Of a stretch of DNA of 64,000 bases, positions 16,764 through 24,823 are shown in pieces (the first letter of the stretch is position 1; every line of letters begins with the position of its first letter). Location of the stretch: contig CAMCCC010000006.1 in NCBI GenBank assembly GCA_945873205.1, forward strand, positions 11,414 to 75,413, read 5' to 3'. The stretch comes from an uncultured bacterium. GTDB taxonomy: Bacteria > Bacillota > Clostridia > Oscillospirales > Oscillospiraceae. The notes beneath the pieces are model-generated. The model saw nothing but the letters and a program-made list of their open reading frames with translations, searched no databases and had not been told where the DNA came from. The position numbers and the translations under genes are program-made.

Positions 16764-17462
16764 ATGGCAAGAGGAAAGATCAAAGCCGTTTTGTTTATAA
16801 TTGTTTTCGTGTTGGCTGTGGCCATCGGCTGCAACGCACTGATCGATCTGTCCGAGAATAAGGCGCCGGAGGTAACGGCGGACCCCTTCCTGACCACCCC
16901 CAGTCCTGACCCGGGGCAGAGCCTCCCCCTGGAGACGGCGGCACCCACTGCCACGCCCATCCCGGTGCAGACCGTGGCCCCCACGGTGGCGCCCACGGCT
17001 ACCCCGGCTCCCACGCCGGTGCCCGTTCCTACGGCCACCCCGGTGCCCACGCCCACCCCGGCCCCGGCAGGCCAGGTGCTGGACAGCGGCAGCGTCCGCT
17101 CCCAGACCGGGCTGCCCATTGACGTCCGGGCCGACTGGGTAGCCACCGTGCTGGACAGCGACCGGGTGCAGGTGCAGGTGACGGTGGTGCTGGAATCCTA
17201 CGCGCTGCAGATCGCGGAGAGCTATAAGTCGGTGAACGTCAGCGTGGGGGACCAGTACGCCAGCTGCAACTCCCCGGCGGTGGACTATGACGGCAGCGCC
17301 AAGCTGGAGACGGTGCTGGGCACCACCACCCACACCCTGTATCTGGCCCAGGGAACCAGTGATGTGTTCCCCCTGGCGGTGGAATACCACTTCGGCGGTA
17401 CCTACAGCGGGGAGGAGCTGCCGGTGATTGAGTGCGGCGGTTCCATCACGCTGAGCCGTTGA
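16764..17462 (+). CDS. hypothetical membrane-anchored exported protein with Pro/Thr/Ala linker
   Basis: ORF track 16698..17462, trimmed to ATG 16764 (AAGGAGAA RBS). It has an N-terminal TM KAVLFIIVFVLAVAIGC, a PT-rich linker, and a beta-rich C-terminal domain of unknown family. The upstream promoter is TGGACA-17-TATAAT. Confidence 0.6.
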   Translation: MARGKIKAVLFIIVFVLAVAIGCNALIDLSENKAPEVTADPFLTTPSPDPGQSLPLETAAPTATPIPVQTVAPTVAPTATPAPTPVPVPTATPVPTPTPAPAGQVLDSGSVRSQTGLPIDVRADWVATVLDSDRVQVQVTVVLESYALQIAESYKSVNVSVGDQYASCNSPAVDYDGSAKLETVLGTTTHTLYLAQGTSDVFPLAVEYHFGGTYSGEELPVIECGGSITLSR

Positions 17463-17478
17463 GGGAGGACAGAAGGCC

Positions 17479-18114
17479 ATGAGGACACAGGAACAGGTCA
17501 ACGAGATCGTCCGCCTGCTGCTGGCGGAATACCCCCTGGCGGACTGCACCCTAGACTGGAAAAAGGACTATGAGCTGCTTTTTTCCGTGCGTCTGGCGGC
17601 CCAATGCACCGACGAGCGGGTGAACCAGGTCACGCCGGCCCTCTTCGCCCGCTTCCCCACGCTGGAAGCCTTCGCGGAGGCAGACATAGCGGAAGTGGAG
17701 GAATACGTGCACTCCTGCGGCTTCTTCCGGGCCAAGGCCCGGGACATCGTGGCCTGCGCCAACGTGCTGCTGGAAAAGCACGGCGGGCAGCTGCCCCGCA
17801 CCATGGAGGAGCTGACGGCCCTGCCCGGTGTGGGCCGCAAGACCGCCAACCTGATTTTGGGGGATGTGTTCAAGATCCCCGGCTCCACGGTGGTGGATAC
17901 CCACTGCATCCGCATCTCCAACCGGCTGGGTCTGGTGGATAATCTGAAAGACCCGGTGAAGATCGAGATGGAGCTGCGGAAGATTTTGCCGCCGGAACAT
18001 TCCTCCGACTTCTGCCACTGCATCGTGCTGCATGGCCGGGCCGTCTGCGACGCCAGAAAGCCCGACTGCGCCGCCTGCTGCCTGAAGCATCTGTGCCAGA
18101 CTTTTTCCGGCTGA
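17479..18114 (+). CDS. nth: endonuclease III (DNA glycosylase/AP lyase)
   Basis: ORF track, 211 aa. HhH-GPD motif LPGVGRKTANLILGD and the C-terminal Fe-S ligands Cx6Cx2Cx5C (CDARKPDCAACCLKHLC). Confidence 0.92.
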   Translation: MRTQEQVNEIVRLLLAEYPLADCTLDWKKDYELLFSVRLAAQCTDERVNQVTPALFARFPTLEAFAEADIAEVEEYVHSCGFFRAKARDIVACANVLLEKHGGQLPRTMEELTALPGVGRKTANLILGDVFKIPGSTVVDTHCIRISNRLGLVDNLKDPVKIEMELRKILPPEHSSDFCHCIVLHGRAVCDARKPDCAACCLKHLCQTFSG

Positions 18115-18122
18115 AACAATAT

Positions 18123-18145
18123 CCCCAGGCCCATCGGGCCTGGGG
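18123..18145. terminator. hairpin between convergent nth and ogt (probable bidirectional terminator)
   Basis: ccccaggcc-catcg-ggcctgggg; modest T-tracts on both sides. Confidence 0.5.
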
Positions 18146-18152
18146 ATTTGTC

Positions 18153-18647
18153 TTATAATATGCCTTCCAGCTTTAAAAGAAAGGTTTTCACGTCCAGCCC
18201 GCCGGCGTAGCCGGTGAGCTGGTTTTTCGCCCCCAGCACCCGGTGGCAGGGGATGATGACGGAGATGGGGTTATGGCCCACGGCGCCGCCCACCGCCTGG
18301 GCGGACAGTTGGGCCAGCTCCCGCTGCTCCGCCAGCCGCTTTGCCAACTGGCCATAGGTCACGGTCTGCCCATAGGGAATCTCCAGCAGCAGCTGCCAGA
18401 CGCTTTGGGCAAAGGCGCTTCCCTTGGGGGCAATGGGCAGGGCGGACACCTCCGGCTGCTTCCCGGCAAAGTAGGCGTCCAGCCAGCGGCGGACGCGGGC
18501 GAAAATCTCTGACTCTCTGTCGGAAGGTTCCGGCAAATCGGAAGGGAAATACTTCTGCCCTTCCAGCCACAGACCGGTGAGGGCTCCGTCCTCCGCCGCT
18601 ATCACATAGCGGCCGTAGGGGGCGGCATAAAAAGCGGTTTGGATCAT
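18153..18647 (-). CDS. ogt: methylated-DNA--protein-cysteine methyltransferase
   Basis: ORF track, 164 aa. Active site IPCHRVLG; YGQLA helix-turn-helix block. Confidence 0.9.
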   Translation of the reverse strand: MIQTAFYAAPYGRYVIAAEDGALTGLWLEGQKYFPSDLPEPSDRESEIFARVRRWLDAYFAGKQPEVSALPIAPKGSAFAQSVWQLLLEIPYGQTVTYGQLAKRLAEQRELAQLSAQAVGGAVGHNPISVIIPCHRVLGAKNQLTGYAGGLDVKTFLLKLEGIL

Positions 18648-19114
18648 TCTTCGCTGCCCTCATCCAGCTTCTGCCGGCGCTTTTTGTAGGCCGCGGCGGA
18701 AAGGGAGAGGGCCAGCAGGCACAGTGCGAAAGTGCAGCCGCCCACCATGGCCACCGTCCACCAGGCGGCCTCCGCCGCGCCGAAGCTGCGGTAGCTGTAG
18801 ACACCCATAAAGCCCCCGGTGACTACACCGGCCAGCAGGCTGAGCAGCAGGTTGGTCCTGAAATTGGGCCGCAGCTTGCGGTCCCAAAGGCCCTGCTTGA
18901 TGCAGGCCGCCACCATATATACACTGGCCACCATGAACACCGCCCATTCCCCCAGCAGGTGCCGCTGCGCTTCCACGCCGTAGACCAGCAGCTGCACCGC
19001 CATGGCCGCCAGCAGCGCCCACCAGGTCAGCCAGAAGCCCCGGCTCTCCAGCTTCAGCAGCTTCTGCTCCTGCATTTCATCCAGATTGTTCTTTTTTTCC
19101 TGAAACAGCTTCAT
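18644..19114 (-). CDS. hypothetical 4-TM membrane protein coupled to the XRE regulator
   Basis: ORF track 18644..19132, trimmed to ATG 19114, which overlaps the xre stop (ATGA). Its own stop overlaps the ogt start (ATGA). Confidence 0.6.
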   Translation of the reverse strand: MKLFQEKKNNLDEMQEQKLLKLESRGFWLTWWALLAAMAVQLLVYGVEAQRHLLGEWAVFMVASVYMVAACIKQGLWDRKLRPNFRTNLLLSLLAGVVTGGFMGVYSYRSFGAAEAAWWTVAMVGGCTFALCLLALSLSAAAYKKRRQKLDEGSEE

Positions 19115-19317
19115 TGTTCCTTCTCCTCCCAAAACAGTTCATCCAGGGTTTTGCCCAGCGCGTGGCAGATGGTCAGGCACAGGCGGATGGTGGGGTTATA
19201 TTCCCCTTTCTCAATGGCGTTGATGGTCTGGCGGGAGACCCCCGCCGCTTCGGCCAGGGCCTGCTGGGTCATATCCCGCTCTGCCCGGGCCGCTTTCAGT
19301 CTCAGATTCTTTGACAT
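19111..19317 (-). CDS. XRE-family helix-turn-helix transcriptional regulator (68 aa)
   Basis: ORF track. LRLKAARAERDMTQQALAEAAGVSRQTINAIEKGEYNPTIRL is a canonical Cro/C1 HTH. Confidence 0.85.
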   Translation of the reverse strand: MSKNLRLKAARAERDMTQQALAEAAGVSRQTINAIEKGEYNPTIRLCLTICHALGKTLDELFWEEKEQ

Positions 19318-19334
19318 CTCATCACCTCTGGCAG

Positions 19335-19382
19335 TATAGTAGCACGCAGCTTACAGAATGTCAAGTATATTTTACAAAATAT
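19335..19382 (-). promoter_or_regulatory. xre-operon promoter with adjacent AT-rich inverted repeat
   Basis: Minus strand: TTGACA (19364-19359), 18 nt, TACTAT (19340-19335). The inverted repeat ATATTTT-AC-AAAATAT (19367-19382) abuts the -35. Confidence 0.5.
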
Positions 19383-19386
19383 CAAA

Positions 19387-19418
19387 TAAAAAAGTCTGGC
19401 ATTACCGCCAGACTTTTG
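19387..19418 (-). terminator. intrinsic terminator after the threonine aldolase gene
   Basis: agtctggc (19393-19400) pairs with gccagact (19407-19414). On the minus strand it is followed by TTTTTTATTT. Confidence 0.7.
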
Positions 19419-19440
19419 CTATGTAGATTCAGGGCAGGGC

Positions 19441-20466
19441 TTACAGCAGAGCGATGAGGGCCTGCACGTCCTCTTCCCGGGTGGCCCAGCTGGTGGTGAA
19501 ACGGACCGCCACCCGGCCATCCGGCAGCCACTGCCACAGGTTGAACTGCACCTCCCGGCGCAACCGCTCCATCTGTTCTTTGCTGAGGATAACAAACTGC
19601 TGGTTGGTGGGAGAATCCATCAGCAGCTCATAGCCCTTTGCCAGGCAGGCAGCCTTTAGCTCCATGGCCAGGTCAATGGCGTGGCGGCTGATTTTGAAAT
19701 ACAGGCCGTCGGTGAACAGGGCGTCAAACTGCTGGCTCACCAGGCGGGTCTTGGCCAGGAGCGCCCCGTGCTGTTTCACGGTGGTGAGGAAATGGGGCGG
19801 CATGTTGCCCTTGGTGAACACCAGTGCCTCGCCGCAGAGGGCGCCCACCTTGGTGCCGCCGATGTAGAACAGGTCGCACAGCTCCACAACATCCGCCAGT
19901 GTTACATCGGTCTCCGGGCTCATGAGACCGTAGCCCAGGCGGGCCCCATCCATATACAGGGGCAGGCCGTAGCGATGGCAAGTTTCAGAAAGGGCGGTCA
20001 GCTCCGCCTTGGAGTACAGGGTACCGAACTCGGTGGGGTGGGAGATGTAGACCATGCCGGGCTGCACCAGGTGCTCCCGCACCTCGTCGTTGAGGAAGTC
20101 CGTCATATACCGATCCAGATCAGCGGCCATCAGCTTGCCCTCCACATGGGGGATGGGCAGCACCCGGTGGCCGGAATACTCGATGGCTCCGGCCTCATGG
20201 ATGTTGATGTGGCCGGTATCGGCGGCGATGACCCCCTCGAAGCTGCGCAGCATGCTGTCGATGGCGATCTGGTTGGTCTGGGTGCCGCCGGTGAGGAACT
20301 GGATCTGCAGGTCGTCCCGGCCGCAGGCGGCGCAGAGCTTGGCCTTGGCGGCTTCGGTATGGGGGTCATCCCCATAGCCGGGCAGGGAGACCATATTCAT
20401 ATCCAGCAGATGTTGGAGCACCTGGGGATGGGCCCCCTCGGTATAGTCAGAGAGAAAATACAGCAT
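19441..20466 (-). CDS. ltaE: low-specificity L-threonine aldolase family (PLP, beta-eliminating lyase fold)
   Basis: ORF track 19441..20487, trimmed to ATG 20466 (GGAGG 7 nt upstream). FLSDYTEGAHPQVL...GGTQTNQ...ISHPTEFGTLYS...YMDGARL...IGGTKVGA blocks. Confidence 0.75.
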   Translation of the reverse strand: MLYFLSDYTEGAHPQVLQHLLDMNMVSLPGYGDDPHTEAAKAKLCAACGRDDLQIQFLTGGTQTNQIAIDSMLRSFEGVIAADTGHINIHEAGAIEYSGHRVLPIPHVEGKLMAADLDRYMTDFLNDEVREHLVQPGMVYISHPTEFGTLYSKAELTALSETCHRYGLPLYMDGARLGYGLMSPETDVTLADVVELCDLFYIGGTKVGALCGEALVFTKGNMPPHFLTTVKQHGALLAKTRLVSQQFDALFTDGLYFKISRHAIDLAMELKAACLAKGYELLMDSPTNQQFVILSKEQMERLRREVQFNLWQWLPDGRVAVRFTTSWATREEDVQALIALL

Positions 20467-20467
20467 A

Positions 20468-20503
20468 AAAATATCCTCCGAATTCACTTTCGGAGGATAT
20501 TTT
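20468..20503 (-). terminator. 15-bp perfect hairpin; terminator of the upstream gene whose 3' arm contains the ltaE Shine-Dalgarno
   Basis: Minus strand: AAAATATCCTCCGAA-AGTGAA-TTCGGAGGATATTTT, then T, then ATG (20466). Confidence 0.6.
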
Positions 20504-20527
20504 AATCCAATATGGGAGGAATTGCAA
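20499..20527 (-). promoter_or_regulatory. candidate ltaE promoter overlapping the hairpin 5' flank
   Basis: Minus strand: TTGCAA (20527-20522), 17 nt, TAAAAT (20504-20499). The predicted start falls inside the 5' arm of the hairpin. Confidence 0.45.
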
Positions 20528-20530
20528 GAC

Positions 20531-21100
20531 TCAGGCGATGGTCAGATGGCCCACAGAGGCGGCCCTGAGCCCCTGGACATCGTCAACGCCGTACATCACA
20601 AAGCGGTCGCACATCATGCTGTCCTGATCCAGAATGGCGCCGGTGAGGGTGGCAACCCGGCGCTTGCAGGGGGCGAGGCTGTCACAGTCCGGGCCGCAGA
20701 GCAGGGACCAGTGGCCGTCGGCATCGCTGGCCATGCGGGCGGTGGGGATGGCGGAGAGCTTCACGCTGCGCACCTCGCTGGGAGTGACCAGCATCAGCTT
20801 TTCGTTGGTCAGCACATACTCCATTTTGCGCAGCTTCCTCACATCCAGGAAGGGGGAGCAAACGGCGTACAGACCCGCCGCGGCCATCACAATGACGACA
20901 CCGGCCTTGACCCCGGCGCCGCTTTTTATGGCGGTGGGTATGTAGAGGGCGATGAGCAGAGCCGCCACCACGGCGGCAATGATGCCCCGGCGGATGTAAT
21001 AGGCCTTATGGGTCCCGTCCATGGCCTCGAAAGCCTCCGTGCGGCCATGCCACAGAATCTGCTCATCGTGGGTCAGATAGTCCTTCAGTCTTTCCTTCAT
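20531..21100 (-). CDS. hypothetical 2-TM membrane protein
   Basis: ORF track 20531..21106. The start is set at the second ATG (AGGAGG at suitable spacing). No family recognised. Confidence 0.55.
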   Translation of the reverse strand: MKERLKDYLTHDEQILWHGRTEAFEAMDGTHKAYYIRRGIIAAVVAALLIALYIPTAIKSGAGVKAGVVIVMAAAGLYAVCSPFLDVRKLRKMEYVLTNEKLMLVTPSEVRSVKLSAIPTARMASDADGHWSLLCGPDCDSLAPCKRRVATLTGAILDQDSMMCDRFVMYGVDDVQGLRAASVGHLTIA

Positions 21101-21226
21101 GTCCATGACCTCCTGTCAATGGTTTCCTTTTGGTTTCTACTGATATTATACAAGGGAACACATTAATTGTGCGCCAAGGAGGCATGATGAGCCGTTAAGT
21201 CGGCTTAACAGGACAGGCAAAAATTG

Positions 21227-21260
21227 CCCCCGCTGCCAGGATGGGAAAAAGCAGCGGGGG
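21227..21260 (-). terminator. intrinsic terminator of the HK/RR operon
   Basis: Minus strand: CCCCCGCTGC-14 nt-GCAGCGGGGG followed by CAATTTTTG. Confidence 0.55.
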
Positions 21261-21288
21261 CGGGAGAAAAGAAAGAATCATGTCAGAA

Positions 21289-21996
21289 TCAGTCGCCTTC
21301 GATCATGCGGTAGCCCACGCCAACCTCGGTGAAAATATACTGGGGCTCGGCGGGGTTCTTTTCGATCTTGCGGCGGATGTTGGCCATGTTGACCCGGAGG
21401 ATCTGGTTGTTGCCCTTGCTCTGGGGCCCCCACAGCTCCTTCATGATGAAGTCATAGGTCAGCACCTTGCCGGCGCATTTGCCCAGCAGGGCCACGATCT
21501 TGTATTCGTTCTGGGTCAGGCGGCAGTTCTCCCCGGCAATAAGCACCTGGTGCTTGTCATAGTCGATGGTCAGATCCCCGGCGGTGAACTTGCCGGTGTT
21601 GGCGATGGCCCCGCTGCCGGGGCCGGAGCGGGTATGCCGCAGGGCCACCCGCACCCGGGCCAGCAGCTCCGCCGGGCTGAAGGGCTTGGTCACATAGTCG
21701 TCGGCCCCCTTATCCAGGGCCTGCACCTTGTCCCGCTCGTAGCTGCGGGCGGAGACCACAATGATGGGCATGCTGGTCCAGGAGCGGACGGTGCTGATGA
21801 TATCCATGCCGTCCATGTCCGGCAGGCCCAGATCCAGCACCACCAGGTCGGGGCAGTGGGAACTGATCATGGAGAAGGCCTCGCTGCCGGTGGAGGCCTG
21901 GATCACATCATAGCCGTTGGCGGTGAGAATGGCCTTGATCAGGCCGGATATGGTCTTTTCGTCTTCTACCACAAGAATTTTGTCCCGGATGGTCAT
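21289..21996 (-). CDS. OmpR-family response regulator, KdpE-like
   Basis: ORF track, 235 aa. Receiver domain ILVVEDE...DLVVLDLGLPDMDG...VSARSYERDKVQALDKGADDYVTKPF and a winged-helix C-terminus ending VGYRM. Confidence 0.85.
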   Translation of the reverse strand: MTIRDKILVVEDEKTISGLIKAILTANGYDVIQASTGSEAFSMISSHCPDLVVLDLGLPDMDGMDIISTVRSWTSMPIIVVSARSYERDKVQALDKGADDYVTKPFSPAELLARVRVALRHTRSGPGSGAIANTGKFTAGDLTIDYDKHQVLIAGENCRLTQNEYKIVALLGKCAGKVLTYDFIMKELWGPQSKGNNQILRVNMANIRRKIEKNPAEPQYIFTEVGVGYRMIEGD

Positions 21997-22011
21997 AAGT
22001 CACACTCCTTT

Positions 22012-23091
22012 TTATTCCACGTCTTCCAATGGCAAAGTAAATTCAAACCTGGCGCCGCCGGGCAGGTTTTCCGCCCGGAGACTGCCGCCGTGGGCCTCCA
22101 CAATGGTGCGGCAGACGCTGAGCCCGATGCCCATGCAGCGGGAATTGTCCGCCCCGCCCCGGCCGGAGAGCTGCAGGCTGCCGTCAAACAGGTGGGGCAG
22201 CAGCTCCGGAGCCACGCCGCCACCGTTATCCTCCACGCCGATGACGGCAAAGCCCCCTTCATAGCGGGCGTCCAGGCGGATGCGGGTGGTGCCCCGGCCG
22301 TGCACCAGGGCGTTATCCATCAGGTTCAGCAGCACCTGTTCAATGAGCATGGCGTCCATGGGCAGCAGCAGCGTTTCCTCCGGCACGGAGACGGAGATGT
22401 TGACTTCCTCATGGCGCTTGCGGAAGTTCATCACCGCTTCGCTGAATACTTCCTCCAGAATCTCCCCTTCTTTTTGAATCTGCCCCATCTCTCCGCCGCT
22501 GATGCGGGTGATGGAGAGCAGATTCTCCACCATGCGGCAGAGCCAATCCGCGTCCTGCTTGGCGTCCAGCAGCAGTTCGTTCTTCTGCTCCCGGCTGAGG
22601 GTGCCGCTGTCCTCCAGCACGGTAGCGATGGAGCCGCTGATGGCGGTGAGGGGCGTGCGCAGGTCATGGGAGATGGCCCGCAGCAGGTTGGCCCGCATCT
22701 TCTCCCGCTCCGACTCGGCCCGCAGCTTCTCCTGGGCCTGGACCCGGGTGGTCAGGGTGCTGACGGCAAAGCCCACCGCCAGCATGGTCATGAAGGTCAG
22801 GGGATAGCCGTAAACGGAGAAGTCCAGCTTCAGATAGGGGTAGGTGAAGGCATAGTTCACCCCCAGCACACTGAGCAGCGCCGCCAGCAGGCCGTAGAAA
22901 TAACCCTCGGTGGAGAGGGCCACCACCAGCACCGCCAGCACAAAAATCATGGGCACATGGGTATCCGAGGTGGTAAGCCGCTGCAAAATGGCGCAGAGGG
23001 CCGAGGCGGAGGCCATGGCCGCCACGAAGATCAGCCAGGACCTGGCCGACAGGGGGAAATATTTTTTTACGATGCTTTTCAGCCAGTTCAT
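22012..23091 (-). CDS. sensor histidine kinase with KdpD-type membrane domain (DUF4118-like) but no KdpD N-terminal sensor domains
   Basis: ORF track 22012..23415, trimmed to ATG 23091 (GGAGGAG RBS). It has 4 TM segments, H-box ISHDLRTPLTAI, and N/G boxes LLNLMDNALVHG and GIGLSVCRTIVEAHGG. Confidence 0.8.
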   Translation of the reverse strand: MNWLKSIVKKYFPLSARSWLIFVAAMASASALCAILQRLTTSDTHVPMIFVLAVLVVALSTEGYFYGLLAALLSVLGVNYAFTYPYLKLDFSVYGYPLTFMTMLAVGFAVSTLTTRVQAQEKLRAESEREKMRANLLRAISHDLRTPLTAISGSIATVLEDSGTLSREQKNELLLDAKQDADWLCRMVENLLSITRISGGEMGQIQKEGEILEEVFSEAVMNFRKRHEEVNISVSVPEETLLLPMDAMLIEQVLLNLMDNALVHGRGTTRIRLDARYEGGFAVIGVEDNGGGVAPELLPHLFDGSLQLSGRGGADNSRCMGIGLSVCRTIVEAHGGSLRAENLPGGARFEFTLPLEDVE

Positions 23092-23168
23092 CGCCTTCAA
23101 CTCCTCCCGGCTTTTTTGTATTATACCATAGGCATTTGTTAAAAAAGCGCTAAAAAATTTACAGCAAA

Positions 23169-23199
23169 GAAAAAACAGCAGGGCGGGCTGCCCTGCTGT
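23169..23199 (-). terminator. intrinsic terminator after the DD-carboxypeptidase gene
   Basis: Minus strand: ACAGCAGGG-CAGCCCG-CCCTGCTGT followed by TTTTTTC. Confidence 0.7.
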
Positions 23200-23209
23200 T
23201 TTTCGGGTT

Positions 23210-24679
23210 TTATCTCTCGTCGTCAAAGAAGCGGTCAAAATCGAATTCATCGTTATAGCGCTGGGAGGGGTCGATCTGGCTGGGTTGGCGCTGCCGGCGG
23301 CTCTCGGCGTACATCCGCTCCTGTTCCATGCGGCGGCGCTGCTCCATGCGGCGGCGCTGGCGCAGATGCTGCTGCCGCAGGCGGCGGTAGCGCAGAACCA
23401 GGGCCAGGTACACAAACAGGAACACCAGCACCAGCACGATCAGGGCAATGACCCAGCCATTGGAGAGCACCTCACCGATGCGCTGCTTCATGTACTCCAG
23501 CTTGCTGAGGGCCACTTCATTGCTGTTGACCAGCTCCACGCTGCCCAGCTCCTTGCCGTCCAGGCTGAGGGTCAGGCAGCCCAGGGGCGTGCCGGCAGCA
23601 ATGGGCGCCACCAGCTTGTCCTCATACACGGTGATGCTGCGCTGGATGTCCTCCGCCGCCACATCGTCCGGCAGCAGCACGGTAATGCCCTTCTGGGGGC
23701 GGAGCATGACGCTGCCCTCGTCGCTCAGGTCCACGGTGACGGTGGTGATGTTCTCGGTGGCGCTGAGGATATTGCGGTGGGAGAAGTTGTCAAAGACCCA
23801 GTCATACATGGTGATGCTGTCTATAAAGTTCCAGAAATTCTCCGTGTCGCCGTTGAGCTCACCCTCACAGCCCATGGCAATGACCATCACGTTGATGCCG
23901 TCCCGCTGGGCGGTGGAGACCAGGCAGTAGCCGGCGGCGTTGGTATAGCCGGTTTTGATGCCGGATGCGCCCTCATACAGGTAGTTCCCGGCCTTGGCAT
24001 AGTAGGAATTGGGGCTGATCAGGGCGTTGGAGTTGTTCATGACGGCGCCGTAGTTGACAGCGGGGTTGTCCGACTGATAGCTCTGGGTGTTGGCCATTTC
24101 CATAAAGAGCGGATACTCCATGGCGGCAGTCGTGATCAGATACAGGTCATAGGCGGAGCTGTAATGGTTCTCCGCCGGCAGGCCGTTGGGATTCATGAAG
24201 TGGGTGTTGACGCAGCCCAGCTCCGCCGCCTTCTGGTTCATCTGGTCCACAAAGGCGCTGATGCTGCCGGAGACATAGGTGGCCAGCACGTTGCAGGCCT
24301 CATTGGCGGAATGGATCATGGTGCAGTACAGCAGGTCCTTCACGGAGATCTGGGCGCCGGGGGTGATGCCGGCGTTGCTGCTGTCCTCGGCAAGGCCGGT
24401 GAGACAGTCCGGCTGGGCGGTGACAATATCGTCCAGGGTGAATTGGCCCCGTTCCAGAGCTTCCAGTGCCACCAGCGTGGTCATAATCTTGGTCAGGCTG
24501 GCGGGGGCCCGCTGCTGGTCCTTATTCAGCTCATAAAGCACCTCGCCGCTGTCCAGGTCGATGATCAGGGCGGCCTTGCCGTTCAGCTCCGGCGCGTCCA
24601 GGGCGTAGGCCCCGGGGGCGGCAAAGGCCAGCACCAGGCAAAAGATCAGCACAAGAGGAAAAATGCGGAAAGTTTTCAT
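23210..24679 (-). CDS. serine-type D-Ala-D-Ala carboxypeptidase (peptidase S11, PBP5-like) with C-terminal TM and Arg-rich tail
   Basis: ORF track, 489 aa. Signal peptide, SxxK motif ASLTKIMT, SAN (HSANEA) and KTG (IKTGYT) motifs, a C-terminal TM WVIALIVLVLVFLFVYLALV, then RRLRQQHLRQRRRMEQRRRMEQ. Confidence 0.88.
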   Translation of the reverse strand: MKTFRIFPLVLIFCLVLAFAAPGAYALDAPELNGKAALIIDLDSGEVLYELNKDQQRAPASLTKIMTTLVALEALERGQFTLDDIVTAQPDCLTGLAEDSSNAGITPGAQISVKDLLYCTMIHSANEACNVLATYVSGSISAFVDQMNQKAAELGCVNTHFMNPNGLPAENHYSSAYDLYLITTAAMEYPLFMEMANTQSYQSDNPAVNYGAVMNNSNALISPNSYYAKAGNYLYEGASGIKTGYTNAAGYCLVSTAQRDGINVMVIAMGCEGELNGDTENFWNFIDSITMYDWVFDNFSHRNILSATENITTVTVDLSDEGSVMLRPQKGITVLLPDDVAAEDIQRSITVYEDKLVAPIAAGTPLGCLTLSLDGKELGSVELVNSNEVALSKLEYMKQRIGEVLSNGWVIALIVLVLVFLFVYLALVLRYRRLRQQHLRQRRRMEQRRRMEQERMYAESRRQRQPSQIDPSQRYNDEFDFDRFFDDER

Positions 24680-24823
24680 TTTGTTCTCCCGTTTTCTCTG
24701 GAATATGGTATAGTGTGGTTGTATAATAAGTACAGACTAAATTATTATAAAGTTTTCAAGGGAAAAATGCAACCTAAAGTTCCTGGCATTGACAGGAACC
24801 GGGAGATAAGGCGGAATGCAGAG

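Noticed and set aside
16667-16861. 64-aa ORF (MINFCLWELCL...) in the rarA / hypothetical-protein divergent region.
   Set aside because: It has no RBS, crosses the TGGACA-17-TATAAT promoter, runs out of frame into the downstream gene, and has an implausible composition.
23092-23415. 108-codon N-terminal extension of the histidine kinase ORF (22012..23415), overlapping the carboxypeptidase 3' end.
   Set aside because: The extension runs through the carboxypeptidase terminator and promoter region and is low-complexity. ATG 23091 has a GGAGGAG RBS and starts the first TM segment.
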